The notes beneath the pieces were generated by a model. The model saw only the letters and a list, made by a program, of their open reading frames with translations. It did no database searches and was not told where the DNA came from. A stretch of DNA of 64,000 bases, from positions 592,627-656,626 of the forward strand of contig MU004230.1 in the NCBI GenBank assembly GCA_010405405.1, written 5' to 3'. Below, piece after piece: positions 1 through 14,181 of this stretch; positions within the stretch are counted from its first letter, which is position 1, and each line of letters opens with the position of its first letter. Source of the stretch: Microthyrium microscopicum. Lineage: Eukaryota. A program made the position numbers and the translations under genes.

Positions 1-54
1 AGTATTAATTTTAGGTAAGATAAAGATAGAGCTATTAAGAGCTAGATACCTAGA

Positions 55-420
55 ACTATAGGCGTAGTAACCTCTTTATTAATAATATAGTATACTTCTA
101 ATAAAAGCTACTAAATAGATTTAAACGTATATTAATTTATAGTAATATTATACTACTACTTTTAAATTATATCTTTACTATCTTAAAAATAATATAGTTT
201 ATAGTAGGTAATATATAAAAACTATAGGCGTAATAGCTACTTTATTAATAATACGTTATATCTTTAATAAAAGCTTCTAAATAGATCTAACTATATATTA
301 ATTTATAGTAATATCGTTTTGCTACTTTTAGATTATATCTTTACTATAGTAAGACTAATAAGGTATTTAGTAATAACGCTTAAGAACTATAAGCGTAGTA
401 GCTAAATACTTAGAATTATA
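55..420. repeat. ~165-bp degenerate tandem repeat (two copies plus the start of a third)
   Basis: ACTATAGGCGTA-like anchor at 55, 221 and 386; the first two units align over about 125 nt. Confidence 0.75.
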
Positions 421-1142
421 GGCATAAAATAAGTAAAGCTTCTACCTTCTTATTAATATTTTGCTATAGATTAATCGTACTTCTAAGACTTTATAGTCTT
501 CTAATAGATATTAAAAGAAGAAGCGTAGCTTATAATACTAGTATTAAAGTAGATAGAGTAACTAAAGGCTATATTCTAAATAATAAGAGACTTAGTATAG
601 GTAGTATCCCCTCCTTATTATACTTATCTTATATTATAGTAATACTAATAATATTAATACTTATTAGTTTACTAAGGACGTATTTTTTCCTATTATGTCT
701 CTTTAGTTCTCTTAAACTATTTACCTTTAGTAAGTAATTTTATAGCTTTAGCTATAACCTCTATATACAACTTTGCATATCTTAGTAAAAAATTTATTAT
801 TTAATCCTTAGTACGTATAAGGGATTTAGAAACTAGAATATAAAGGATAGTTTACAAAATTATTACTAAATAAAGGTAGAATAGCTAAGTAGGCTAGTTA
901 ATCTTTAACTTCTTCCTTAATATATTATACGTCTATTTATAGTATAATTTTAAGTTGCTTACTACTAGAGTTAGTAGTTCTATTAGGTAAAGTAATAAAT
1001 AAAGATATAATACTAAAGGATAAAATATTATATAGTAGTAAGAGTTTATAGTAAGTTATAGTTTATATAAATATACTATATTATATGTCTTTATATAGTA
1101 GTAGATAGCTTTACGCAATATTATATAATATTAAATATATTA

Positions 1143-1222
1143 ACTACTATTAAACTATATTAAACTATATTAAACTATATTAAACTATATTAAATAATAT
1201 TAAATAATGTTAAATATTATTA
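1143..1222. repeat. 10-bp minisatellite (TAAACTATAT)n
   Basis: Four exact copies at 1151-1190 plus degenerate flanking copies. Confidence 0.9.
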
Positions 1223-3158
1223 AATACTCCTATACAAATACCTAAATAAATACTTAAACGTTTTAAACGTTTTAGCTTAGATTAGGAGTTACTAAAGTAT
1301 AAGAACCTAGGTAATAAGTTACTATTTAGGATACTTTTACTAATAGTCTTTACGTAATAGAATACGTATTTTTAATAAGTTTATTTTGCCTAATTATCTT
1401 TATCTAATTAATTATAAATTAATACTTATAATAGTAATTATTTTTCTACTAGACTATCTATATAAATAATGTAATATATATACTATAAGTAATAGCATTC
1501 TATTCTAATATACTATATAAAAAAGAATTATTAATAAACTAACCTTCCTTATAATAACCTAGCCTAGCTATCTCTATTAGTAGGATTCTATATATTTGCT
1601 AATAAAAAATAAGAACTCTATAAATACTTTTACTAATAGTATTAGGAAGTAGTCTAACGTAGTATTTTATAATTAAATTAAGCTATACTAAGAGTAAATT
1701 AATATAGTAGTTTTTTTTTTAATAGCTAATAGTAAATATCTTTAAGCCTACCTATTAGCGCCTATAATTAGTACTAGCTTTAATAGTAAAGAGATAATAT
1801 ATATAACTAACTATAATACCTTTAATTAATATACTTTAGTATATTACCTATACTTAGGTAAGTAATATATAAGTTAGTTTCCTATAATAAAAATATAGCG
1901 TATATAATAAGGTAAGTATAACTTATTAATATTTTAATAATATATACATACTAATAGTAATAGAAACATAAATAATAATACCTAAGTATAATTATACTAT
2001 TATACTTAGATAGAAGCTAGTTATATATATAACTACCTATTAATTACACTATATTAAATATTAGTTATACTATATACTAATACTAAATAGTTCTAAGTAA
2101 GAAGTTATATATACTAAGACTATAAATAAGGTAGTATAAGTAATATATTATACTTATAGCTAATAAAATATAGTATAGAATATAAGGCTACTATATAATA
2201 AGCAATTCCTTACTTCTAAACTAGATAAGACCTTTTATAGAATAGGTATAAAGTATATTTATTACTTATTCTTCTCTATAAACTATTCTTTATTAACTCT
2301 TCTTTATTAATTCTTCTTTATTTTCTTAAGTCTAAATAGCGTAAGAATATAGTACTAGTTACTATATTCTTAAGCTATCTAACATAATAACTCTTTATAT
2401 TATAAAGACGCTAGTTACTAGTATAATATCCTTCCTAAAGCCTTAGATTTTCGTTCTAGGATAAGGTTTATTAGTAGTAAGTTACTTTATATAACTTATT
2501 AGCTATTTATACTAAAATAAGAATAGTCCCTTATATAGTAGTTTAAATAATACCTTAGCTTTTTATTTTAGGAAATTATTAGTTACTAAGTAGTTATTAT
2601 ATTTAATATTATAGCTCTTTACTATAAGATAGCACTAGCTATACTTAAGTAGATACGAACGTAGTAAGTCTCTATTACTAAAAAAGAAAATAAATAGTTA
2701 AGTATTATACTATAGTAAGTTTATACGTAGTATTATCTACCTAAACTATATATAATAGCCTAAATACTAACTAATATATATTTAATTATTATTAGCTAAT
2801 ATAGGTATAAGGTTTCTAAATATTCTATTAGCCTAATTAGATAAAATATATAATACTACTAATTATATTAAACCCTACTTAACTAAATAACCTAAATACC
2901 TTAAAAGTAATACTACTAAAACTAGATTATTATTAAATATACTATATAAGCAACCTAGCATACTACTAATATAATCTTCTCTCTTCTCTATTATAACCTC
3001 TATCTATTTAGTATTATTATTTAAGCATATAAAATACTATATAGAACTAGAGACTAGATAGTAATTTAGAAAGCTACTACTATATAATAGCTTATTATTA
3101 AAAATCTAACTATAAAAAGGTTCTAATATAGAATGCTAACTAGTTTTATAATAATACT

Positions 3159-3356
3159 CTAAAAGCTAGAAATTTTTAATTAAGACTACTTTCTAACTCT
3201 CTAATAATAATCTAAAAGCTAGAATATTTAAGTTAATACTACTTACTAGCTCTTTAGTAATAATCTAAAAGCTAGCATATTTAAATTAGGACTACCTACT
3301 AGTTCTTTAATAACGATCTAAAAACTAGTATATTTAAGTTAAAACTACCTACTAAT
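3159..3356. repeat. 53-bp tandem repeat, about 4 copies
   Basis: CTAAAAGCTAG-type anchor at 3159, 3212, 3265 and 3318; a partial copy near 3650. Confidence 0.85.
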
Positions 3357-4489
3357 AAACTAATATTATATTTACTAGCTACTTTCTTTAAACTTTATTA
3401 TATAATAGGATAGATAAGTAATAAGTATAATATATTTATTAAGTTATATATTTTAAGAAATTTCTAATATTATAGTAGTTCTTAGACTAGTAATTATACT
3501 ATAATTTTAGCTATACTACTCTAAGCCTTTTTCTAAAGATTCTTATTAAAGTTAAACCTATAATTATATAAGACTTAGAGCTATTTAAGGAGCCTAGTAC
3601 TCTAAGGAAGTTATCTAGGACTATCTATTAGTTCTTTAGCCTTATTTTAATAGCTAGAATATTTAAGTTAAGACTACCTAGAGATTAACTATCTAAACTT
3701 AAGACGTATCTATTATCTATTTAGGTTACTACTATTACTAGCCTTTAAGAAGATATCTATCTAAACCCTAATATAAATAAGATTAGCTTACTATAATAAT
3801 TATTCTTTATATAATATTAGACTTAAAAGCTTTAGGTCTCTATTATTACCTATATTTAGAAATATCTTAATTTAAAGCCTAACATAACTAGGAGTAGCTT
3901 ACTATAATATAAACTATATTTAAATATAACGTTAATAATAATAAGTATATACTAAATCTAACCTTTAATATATTTAAACTACGTAATAAATATAACTAGA
4001 AATAGTTAAGCCTATTTTAGGTAGACTCTAATATTATTTAATACTCCTTATAACTACTAAGCCTTTAGAAGCTTTAGGAATTTACTTACTTACTATAGCA
4101 TTAGTTATATTTAAATATAAGGTTTTAAATTAAAAAGATATATTAGTATATAATATACTAAGTAGTAATAATAGAGACTTCTAACCTAAATTAAAGTTAA
4201 TAACTATAAGTAGTAGATACTTACTAAACTACTCTTCTATATATACTAATAGGAGTACTAGTTATTATAAATAGATAATTAGGTATAATAATATACTAGC
4301 GCTACTTAAAATTAGTAACTATAGTATACGTAAAAGGTAAGTCCCTTTTTATATTATTTAACTAAGACTAATATTTATAGTATTGTACTCTCTTAATTCT
4401 ATACTCTTAATAACATTACTAATATAACTATTAACTACTCTTCTCTAGATTATAGATATCCTTATAGACTACCTAAGATATATTTAGCT

Positions 4490-5270
4490 TTATATCTTTA
4501 GAACTAATAATGCTAATATCTTTATATTAATAAGAAGTCTAAATTTACTTATAGTATATTAGCTATATTAGAAATAGACTTAGACATTAATAGAAATACT
4601 TCTATATATTCTCCTTAAGACTATACTAATTAATGCTAAGAACTATAAATATACTAGTTATTAGTTATTCTATTTAATTAATAGAATAAGCTGCCTAAAT
4701 AGTAAAAGCTAAATATAAAGGCAAAAATATGCCTAAAAAGCTTAACTTAAGAAGCTTATAAATAAGATATACTACTAGAACTTATACTATTAATATAGCT
4801 AAAATTAAGGCTAGGTAGTTAAAATCTCTAAGTTTAATAATAAGAACCTCCTCTATATTAATAAGGCTTATATATAGGATACGCTATTAGAACTTATACT
4901 ATTAATATAGCTAAAATTAAGGCTAGGTTATAAAATCTTTAGAATTAATAATGCTAATCTTCTTTATATTAATAAGAAATCTAAATTTACTTATAGTATA
5001 TTACTTTCTTTAATTATAGACGTAATTATATATAAAAATAGTTATAAATATATTCTTTAAGATAATCCTAACTAATTTTAAAAACTATAAATATACTAAA
5101 AGCTAGCTAATACTAACTAACTAATATCTTTTAAATTAATAATAGGAACCTTATACTTTTAAGGATAATATACAGTTTACTATAGGCTTATTATTAAGTA
5201 CCTTAGACATAGGCTTATAATAGAATAAGCTTATTATTAGCTACCTTAAGTATAGGTTTATAAATAAGCT
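4490..5270. repeat. Cluster of local duplications in the RIP block
   Basis: TAGAACTTATACTATTAATATAGCTAAAATTAAGGCTAGGT at 4776 and 4888; TCTTTAGAA.TAATAATGCTAAT block at 4495 and 4936; 43-bp tandem at 5186 and 5229. Confidence 0.75.
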
Positions 5271-8200
5271 AAAATAGTTATAGTTAAATTAATTAAGGCT
5301 AGTTAACTAATATTAAGAATTTTAAACATGCTAAACTTAAACTCTTATCTATTATATGCCTAATATAACTAGGATCTTTTAGTTATATAGTAAATTATAA
5401 AGAGATACTTAAGCAACTAAAAGCATTATATTAATTAAAAATAATAGCTTTATTATAGTATTAAAATATAACTAAAGAAATTAGTAAGACTTAACTATTA
5501 CTTATTAAAGATATAATTATTTAAGACTTAGAACTATTTAATAAGCTAGCTTTATATAGTAACTATAAAAAGTACTAGTTTCTTCTTAAGCTAATAAACT
5601 CTAACTTTATTCCTAAGATCCTAGTTAATAAATTTTAAGTCTTATACTATAAAGAATATAAAGATTTTTATCTATATTATAAGTTTAATATTATATAGAG
5701 GTATAATAAAGACTAGTTCTTAAAGACGCTTTATTATCTAGGCGCTAATACTAGTCTATTTACCTAATAGAAATAATAGATTAGTAATATTAATTAAAAA
5801 AATAAAAAATACCTTTCTATATACTCTATTTATCTTAATAGTATTAATACTTAGCTAATTAATCTTATAGAACTAGCCTTAATAAATAGAGTAGCTTATT
5901 ATATACTATGCTATTAGAAACTACTTTAATAACTAAGTAATTTAAATAGTTAGACTTAGTACGTATTATTAAGTTACTATAATATTATTTAGCTACCTTT
6001 GAGTTATATCTTTAATATCTTAAAACTAAGAAGGTTTTTAATAACAATGTCTAAGACAAAAAGAATAAGAAATAATAAGTAAATTATTACAAAGTCTAGA
6101 ATATACTTTTCTACGCTATTTAATTTATAAATAAAATACTTAGAGATATCTCCTATATATAAACAAACTAGAATAAACTATATATTTAGCTAAAATAAAG
6201 TACCTATATCTTAATATATATAGTTTAACTAAATAAGGTATCTTAATATTATTAAATTAATTCTAATTATCTAATATATTTAGTAGAAGTGCTTATACGT
6301 TATTTCTTATTTATAGCTACTTTATATATATATAGATAAGGAATAGTAACTAGTATATAACTAATAAGTTAATCTAACTATTAATAAGTAGAAAAACTAC
6401 GACTAATTTAATATTTATACTAGTTTATACTACTTAAAAAAAATACTATACTATAATATAAAAAGACATAAATAATATATAGTATAAAATAATTAACTTT
6501 TAAGCTATAACTAGCTTATATTAATAAAGGCTAATAGATAATTATATATAAATAACTACGTAAGTACTTTTACTATAATAGTAATTAGAACTTATAGGAG
6601 TTCTATAAAGTATTATAATATAAGGAGCTAACGTATAAGATATTATATTAATTTTAATCTTCTTTAATATCTTATTATAAGTCCTACCTAACTATATCCT
6701 AAAACGTATCTTACTACAAGTACTAATATAATCTAAACTATAAATATAATACTACTATAAAAGGGTATAGATATTAAATTATTCTATATTATACTTCTAT
6801 TAAATTAAGAGTAGAAAACTTAAGGATTTCTAATACCTTATAATTAAGGTTATCTTTAATAGGTTTAAAACTATTATTATTATACTTATTAAAATAGGTA
6901 TTAATAAATAACCTATTGTTATTATTTATATTAATATTCTCTTTTATATAAGGGTTAAATAGAATCTAACTATTTAATCTACTAATATTAGATCTAGTTA
7001 TAATATTAAGGTCGTTATTATCTAGATCTTATTACTCTATATATAATATTAGAAAATCTAAACTAGGAATATTATTATTAACTATATTATTCTTATTAGG
7101 GAGTCTAAACCTACTCTCTTTAGCCTATAAAAGAAGTATAAAGATATTATTAAACTTATTAATAAATACCTAAAGCTTATCTCTAAACTAGGTAAAGATA
7201 TTAAGTAATAAATATAGCTATCTAGCGCTAATAGTAAGCTCCTAAGGCTTAGTATATTTATTCTTATTTAGATTAATTACTTAAAGATATATATTATTAA
7301 TAGTAGTTACTATTTTATAATCTTTATTAGTATGTTATCTAAACTTAAACTTAAATAGATTCTAAAGCTTATAAAAATATGTATTACTTAAATAAATATA
7401 ATTAAATATAACCTAAGGATTATAAGTAGAATTCTTATAACTCTTTATATTAATCTTATAAGTATTATTTAGATATTTAAGTTTAAGATCTTATATCTTA
7501 AATAACTTTTTATTACCTTTCTAATTAATAAAGGTAGAATATAGAATAACTTTATAGAGTTATAGCGTATATACTTTAAGTAATAATAACTATTACTAGT
7601 ATAATAAAAGATATATATATTTATATTAGCCTACCTTAGTAAAGAAGATAGTTATATATAAAAGTAATAACTAGAATAAACTAATATTATCTATTTTAAT
7701 TACCTATTTATAATAAAGAAAGAGCAAAACTTTCTAAAGATACTAATACTATATTTAAAAGTTAAGGTCTTTATAGTTACTAATAAAAGATATACCTCTA
7801 TTCTAAGCTTCTTTAAATAAAGTCTTATCTTATATTTACTTAAGAATACTAATATACTTATTAAGAGTTAGATAATTAATAATATTATTAATCTTAGTTT
7901 AGTTAGTATAAAACTCTAAATTATTATTAATACTCTTATAAAACTTCTTTTTAGAAAGAATACGTAGAAAGATAGACTCTACGTATAATCTAAACTTATA
8001 AAGTAATAGTAGCCCTACTTTATTAAACTTTAGGTTAGCTTAAGAAGGAATTAGACGCCCTTAGAAACTAGTATCTATATTTAATATATAAACTCTATTA
8101 ATATAAGAAGTATTATTTATAATACTTAAATACGTACGTATTAATACTTATTAATAGTTAAACTCTATATGCTAATTGCTAAGACATAATAGAATAAAAT

Positions 8201-11200
8201 CTTTATAATTAAATAGTAAATAAGCTTTAACCTACTTAGTCTTTATAGAATAACTATTCTATAGTAATAATTAATCTTTATAAACTAGAAATAGATAAGT
8301 TTAGAAATTATCTTCCTCTTTATAGCTTATATCTTAAAATACTATTAAACGTAATAGTAGTCTATCCTTATTAGTTTCTATATATACTATATTAATATAA
8401 GAATTAAATATCTTACTAATACTAAGTATAGAAGAGATATATAATTTTAATTTTAGTTAGTTATAAAATATCTAATAAAATACCTAATATATACTAGCCT
8501 TAGTACTAGAATTATTATATATAGCACTAAGTTAGAAATATTTAGTAGTAGTTAAAAGGATAATATCTATAGAGGGCTAAGTAAGAACTCTACCCTTATC
8601 GTCCTTAAATATATTCTTTTAAAAGTTTAGATACTATTCTAAAAGCTACTTATATAAAAGTATTAATTAAAGAACTAGACTATACTATTTAGGTTTATAA
8701 GTATCTATATTAATTCTTAAAATAAAAGGCAAGTTAAATATAGTTTTAATATCTAATAGAATAGTAGGGTTAAAATTAGTTTTAAGGAAGCCTTTTTAAA
8801 GAATAGAAAAATACTTAGTAAAAACTACTACTATAAAATTTAGCTATTTAGTTATATTACTATTAACCTTATTGTACTTAGTATTTTATATATTATAGTT
8901 ATTAAAAGTTAGAGCCTAACTACTATCCTCTTAAGCTATACTTTTTAAAAGAGTCTAAAAAAAGATTAGTATATATAACTAGATATAAAATGTAATTAGC
9001 TAATACTAAATAGATACTAAGAAAGAAAGTATATAATATACCTTAAAGGTAAGAAATAAAAGTTTATATAATATTTCCTAATAACCTATTTAAAACGTTT
9101 AAAACTATTTAAAACGTTTAATATAATACTAACTCTTTAAATAGTATAAATATTTTAAGAGACTTAAATATTTTAAATGTTTTAAACGTTTTAAATATTT
9201 TAAATAATAGTATCTAATAATTATATATCTTTAAAGTAACTAATAATTAAATACTAACGTTTATAATAGCTATATATAAAAGTAAGATAAAGGAAACGTT
9301 TTAATAATATACCTTAGCTTCTTCTAAAATAGTATTTAATATTTCTAAAAATATAATATAACTATACGTAATATCTATCCTATTTAATAATTCTATTAAT
9401 TACCTTTTTATACCTATTATATAAAGATATATACTTAGAGTCTTAAAGAGGAAATTAGAGATTTATTACTATTAAAAGTAATAAATTATAGCTATTATAT
9501 AATAGATAGCTTACTTAGTAATTACCTTATTACGTAGTATCTATTTCTAATAAATAAAAGTATAATTATAGTATTAACTACGTATTAATCTAAAAATGAA
9601 TATTATTTACTAAGGAATATATATTTCTATATTAATTATAGTAAAGAAGAAGGTAAGATCCTTAATAGTAATATCTATAGAGAATTTACTAAACTAAATA
9701 GACCTTTTTAGAAAAGAAAAGAGCTCTTACTTAAGAGTAGATTTAAATATAAGAGAAAAAATAAGTTAATCTTTCTTAAAGTGCTTAACTAATAAAATAA
9801 ATAGTATCTTTATAGTATATATAAGTATAATACGTTAAAGCTATATTATATAAAAATATAAATTCTTTATATAGATAATTTTGCTAGTATATATAGTATT
9901 TTTAATAAATATATAAATTAACTATAGAAAAGAAACGTTTTTAGCTAATATAAACTAAATAAACTTATATAGTATCCTATTAGTTATAAATATATTATAA
10001 ATACTATAAGTAAATAAATCTAGAGTTATAGCTAATAATATAGTAAAGATAAAACCTAAAGTAGATAATATAATACTACTAAGTAATATACTAATAAATA
10101 CTATATAAAAAGAAGTACGTAAAGTAGCTAAAAGAAAAGATATAGTTAAAGGAATAAGACGACTATTTTATTATTATAAGGGTAATTATAGTAAAATATA
10201 TAAGTAAGTAGATAGGGTGTATAGTTAAGTAGATTTTTATAATAGTATACTATATTGCTAATAGCTAAAGAGACTACTAAAAAATACCTAATAAGTAATA
10301 TAGGAAATAAAGAAGTAATAGATATTAGTTAGATAATAAAATTTAATATAATAAGAAAGATCTTATATATTAAAGATATAGAGAAAGGCTAGAATAAGCT
10401 AAGATAAATATAGTATATAGCGTATAAGTCTTTCTTAGACTCTTAGAGAAGAATTAAGTTAGTATAGTGTAATTAGTAGGTTTAGGAGGTTAAACGTTTT
10501 TAAAAGTCGACTAACCTAATAGGGTTAGTCAACGTTTGACAAACGTTTGACTTCTTCCCGTAGAGAGTCTGAGTCCACTAAGATAAAGTTCAATGTTCAT
10601 TGTTGGCGGTGACCTTATCTTGACCAATCAAATTTCATGCCTATGACGGCTTTTCAGCCTCGTCAACAGTAAAGCATCAGGATCGACCCGACTCAACACC
10701 ACACGTCATGAATGACTAACTTTATGTTTTTGGGTCACAAAAAGTACTGTATTTGCCGATGTCAAGTGGGAAACTCCAAGTTCAAACTCCTGGGTGGGAA
10801 GTTCTCTAAATGGCGCATGATGCATTTATCAGTTTTGAGACGTTCCATTTACTAGAGTATTCGCGGGTATTGAGTGTGAGTAGCGATCAAGCGATGTTTT
10901 TACATTTCTTTTTCCCTTCATAGATAATCCTAGGGGGACGTTTCGTGCTAACTTCCCATGTTCCGAAACCTTTGCACGATCGGGAGTGGGAAACATAGAG
11001 TTGAAACGATTCAAACCCCATCAATGATGTCCAAAGGTCTCCTTTGCTCCAACCTCCAACATCCAATCCCATTTCTTTCTACACTTTTCCCATTCTTTCC
11101 CCAAACAGACCGCGTACTTTTCCATTTTTACAAATTGATCAATCTGAGCCATCCTTTTGTTACCGCCATTTACTTGGGCATGATATACTACGGAAAGCAT

Positions 11201-11678
11201 TCATTCTACCAGGATTTGAACTCCTGAAGACATCGCACTTCCTAGGTGATCCGCAACCACCTGCGTGACATGAGACAACACCATGATCCACACCACCAAG
11301 TGTTTGGCTGGCCCAGTCTTCGAGTCAACTCACGCCTCAGTGGTGCGTTTCTCCTATCAAGGTAGTTGTAGATTATCTGTTGTCTCTTATCAGTCCCCGC
11401 TTTGTATGTTTAGGAACAACCAAACAAGACAAACATAACTCCACGATGTTCGTGCCCTTTTGCATCTGGTGTTGGATTAGTCGCAGCTCTGCTTTGTGAA
11501 GTGCGTACACCCCGCGCTTCTAGAGACAGCTTGAGGGTTTATATCTCAAAGATGAACACTGTGTGTTGAAGTGTTTCTATCAAGCTTGACGCTCCTTCAC
11601 TTCGTTTTGACAAACCTTTTGATCCTAAACATTCTTTTCTTGATTGTTTGTTGTATATCTTTTGACACTCCTTTAACC

Positions 11679-13310
11679 ATGAAATCTTCAATTCTGCTTA
11701 ATACTTTTGGCTTGGTCCAGCTGAGCATAGCTGGCTATGTTCTGGAGGATGACTACAGCCCATCATCTTTTCTTGATGGCTTCACTGCCTTTTCAGGTCC
11801 AGATCCTACTTCAGGCTTCGGTAAAGCGCTCAATAAATAGTTGTGTGATACATATACTAACAAGAATTGTAGTAAAACTGGTTACGATGGACGAAGGAAA
11901 ATCCACTGGTCTTATATCAGCGGGCTCGACTTCTGTGAAACTCGCCTCCGACTCTACTAATGTAACACCATCCGGCAGACCAAGTATACGGCTGGAATCG
12001 GTAAAAAGCTATAACTCGGGCTTGATCATTGCAGACCTGGCTCATATGCCAGGGAGCATTTGCGGAGCCTGGCCTGCTTTCTGGACAATTGGTCCAGATT
12101 GGCCAGCTAATGGCGAAATCGATATCATTGAAGGTGTCAACTCCGCCACAAGCAACTCCATGACACTGCACACCGCTCCAGGCTGCTCGATATCCAACAG
12201 CGGTCAATTCAACGGCCTCGTCAAGACGTCCAACTGCGACATCAACGCGTCCGGCGAAGGCAAAAACGTCGGCTGTCAAATCGCCGCAAGCGGGTCCAAT
12301 ACCTACGGCGACTCTTTCAACAGCGTCGGCGGCGGTGTCTATGCTACCGAGTGGACACCGCAGGGTATTAGCGTCTTCCACTTTGCTCGCAGCGCTATTC
12401 CGGCTGACATTGCTTCTGGAAATCCTGATCCATCCGGCTGGGGTGAGCCGTTGGCGTCTTTCCAAGGCGGCGGGTGTGACTATAGTACAGCCTTCAAGAA
12501 CCAGACGATCGTGTTCGACACGACTTTCTGTGGTCAGTGGGCCGGTCAACAAGATGTTTGGTCATCCGATCCCGTTTGCGGGAAGAAGGCGGCTACGTGC
12601 AACGACTACGTCCAGAATAACCCCAAGGACTTTGCGGAAGCGTACTGGGAGATCAACTCCGTTAAGGTGTACCAGCTAGGGGACAGTTCAACTCCAGCAC
12701 CCGTGGCATCATCCCCAGCTGCACCTCCAGCGGCTGCATCATCGTCTCTGGCAGCACCTGCGGCACCTTCCTCTCCAGCATCAGCAGTCCCGGCGGCACC
12801 GTCTTCTCCAGCCTCAGCAGCGCCAGCAGCCCCATCATCGCCAGCGCCAGCGGACGGGTCGTCGTACGCAACGACTGCTTCAATGCCACCACTGGCTGAA
12901 CCATCAAGTACACAATCGCTGAATCCGGCACCAGCAATCGTGTCGCCTGATGCAGCAGGAGACGAATACGAGCCCAAGGGAGGATATGAATCCATGATGG
13001 CTGGTTGGACTACCACGTTTGCACCGGGTGGAATGGCAGCTGCTACGCCAGCTCCGCAACGAGTCAAGCGGATGGAGGACTCTCTTGTAAGCATCCTCAT
13101 CAGCACCCGAAAGATAGATACTAACAGCCTTCAGAGCAAATTTGAGAAGGAAGAGTACAAGCGAGTGATCGACTCGTTGGTAAGTCGCACTACACGAAAT
13201 CGCGAGACCAGATGCTAACTTATTGATAGAACGAGTTTGAGAGCCGTTCACCAGTGGGACGACATTTCCGTCATTCGCATGGACACCGACGACGACAAGT
13301 ATATGCTTGA
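11679..13310 (+). CDS. Secreted GH16 endo-1,3(4)-beta-glucanase with Ser/Pro/Ala-rich tail
   Basis: Signal peptide MKSSILLNTFGLVQLSIAG; WPAFW and catalytic GEIDIIE motifs; predicted introns 11821-11872, 13087-13134 and 13180-13229; ends RHFRHSHGHRRRQVYA*. Confidence 0.9.
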
Positions 13311-13509
13311 TGTATTGATGAGTGATGACACAAAAGCGAAATAGGAGTAAAGGTGTTTGGGAAGCACAAAATACCCGTCTTTGTAATTTATGTATGATTT
13401 GGCGTACCTCCTTCGAGTCGGATAGCCTGATTTCGTGATTAGAGATTTTTGTAAATTAAATATCTTACATTCATCATTTCATAAAACATGATAGTCTTCA
13501 GCTTATATA

Positions 13510-14181
13510 TCATTCGCACGTCTCCAGCATCTTCCGAATGACGCCTTGAAGTGTGGCGTTTTCTGACGCTGCCGCAACACGCTCCTTATCACCAAGTTGC
13601 TTCGTAACTCCAGCCGCCGTACTATGCGTCCCTTCTTTGATGCGAACATCAACACGGAATCGTGGAGGTAGAGCCTGCTCTAACCGCACCCGCACACCTA
13701 GTCCAATGACTGTTGCTAGCGAGCAATGCGAGATGGTAGGCGTCAAGTCGACAACCACCGTGCTGATTTGCGAGCTAGGCGAGGAAGGAGGTAGGATATG
13801 TATATCTGGCAGGTTGATGACAGCTAGCGAACCAAGAGATAGCGGATGTTCAGGGTCGGATATGTTCGATATCAAATCTGTACAAGGTTGCATTAGTTCT
13901 GACTGGGCCATAGATATATATGGACAAAGTGATTCTTGCTAAACCCACGTACCATATACTTCCTGTTCGTCGATTTCTTCGCGAATTTCATCCTCCGCTG
14001 AGTCGCCAGAATCAGAAGGTGTTTCTGGCGCGTTGTATGGATAGGCGTAGGACGGCATCAAGGCGTCAAATAGACCAGTACCACCATCCTTTCTGTGCTG
14101 GACATTGCTGTCCTGGCGGCGCGATGGGAGGTCGGAGGCGTTCAGGATGGTGGGATTGGCGTTTTGGATATCGTCGTCCAT
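13510..14181 (-). CDS. CIA2: Cytosolic Fe-S assembly protein CIA2/MIP18 (FAM96B family)
   Basis: NANP start; EEIDEQEVY|DLISNISDPEHPLSL; TPTISHCSLATVIGL; KQLGDKERVAAA.EN; intron 13878-13952. Confidence 0.93.

Larger units (their letters stand above)
1..10500. mobile_element. RIP-degenerated AT-rich repeat block, family not identified
   Basis: Very AT-rich, near-absence of CpA/TpG, excess TpA, CpG partly retained, no ORF of 60 aa or more in the track; classic RIP signature. No diagnostic transposase or RT motif recognised. Confidence 0.8.

Noticed and set aside
3159..3356. Regular repeats as a CRISPR array or a coding repeat
   Set aside because: Whole units are similar with no unique spacers, the context is eukaryotic, and the 53-bp period is not a multiple of 3.
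10511..10528. Telomere or telomerase-RNA template
   Set aside because: Only about 1.5 imperfect repeats per arm; better explained as the boundary palindrome.
11917..13106. Long antisense ORFs over GH16, and similar ones over other genes
   Set aside because: Shadow ORFs caused by codon bias and low-complexity repeats of the real genes.
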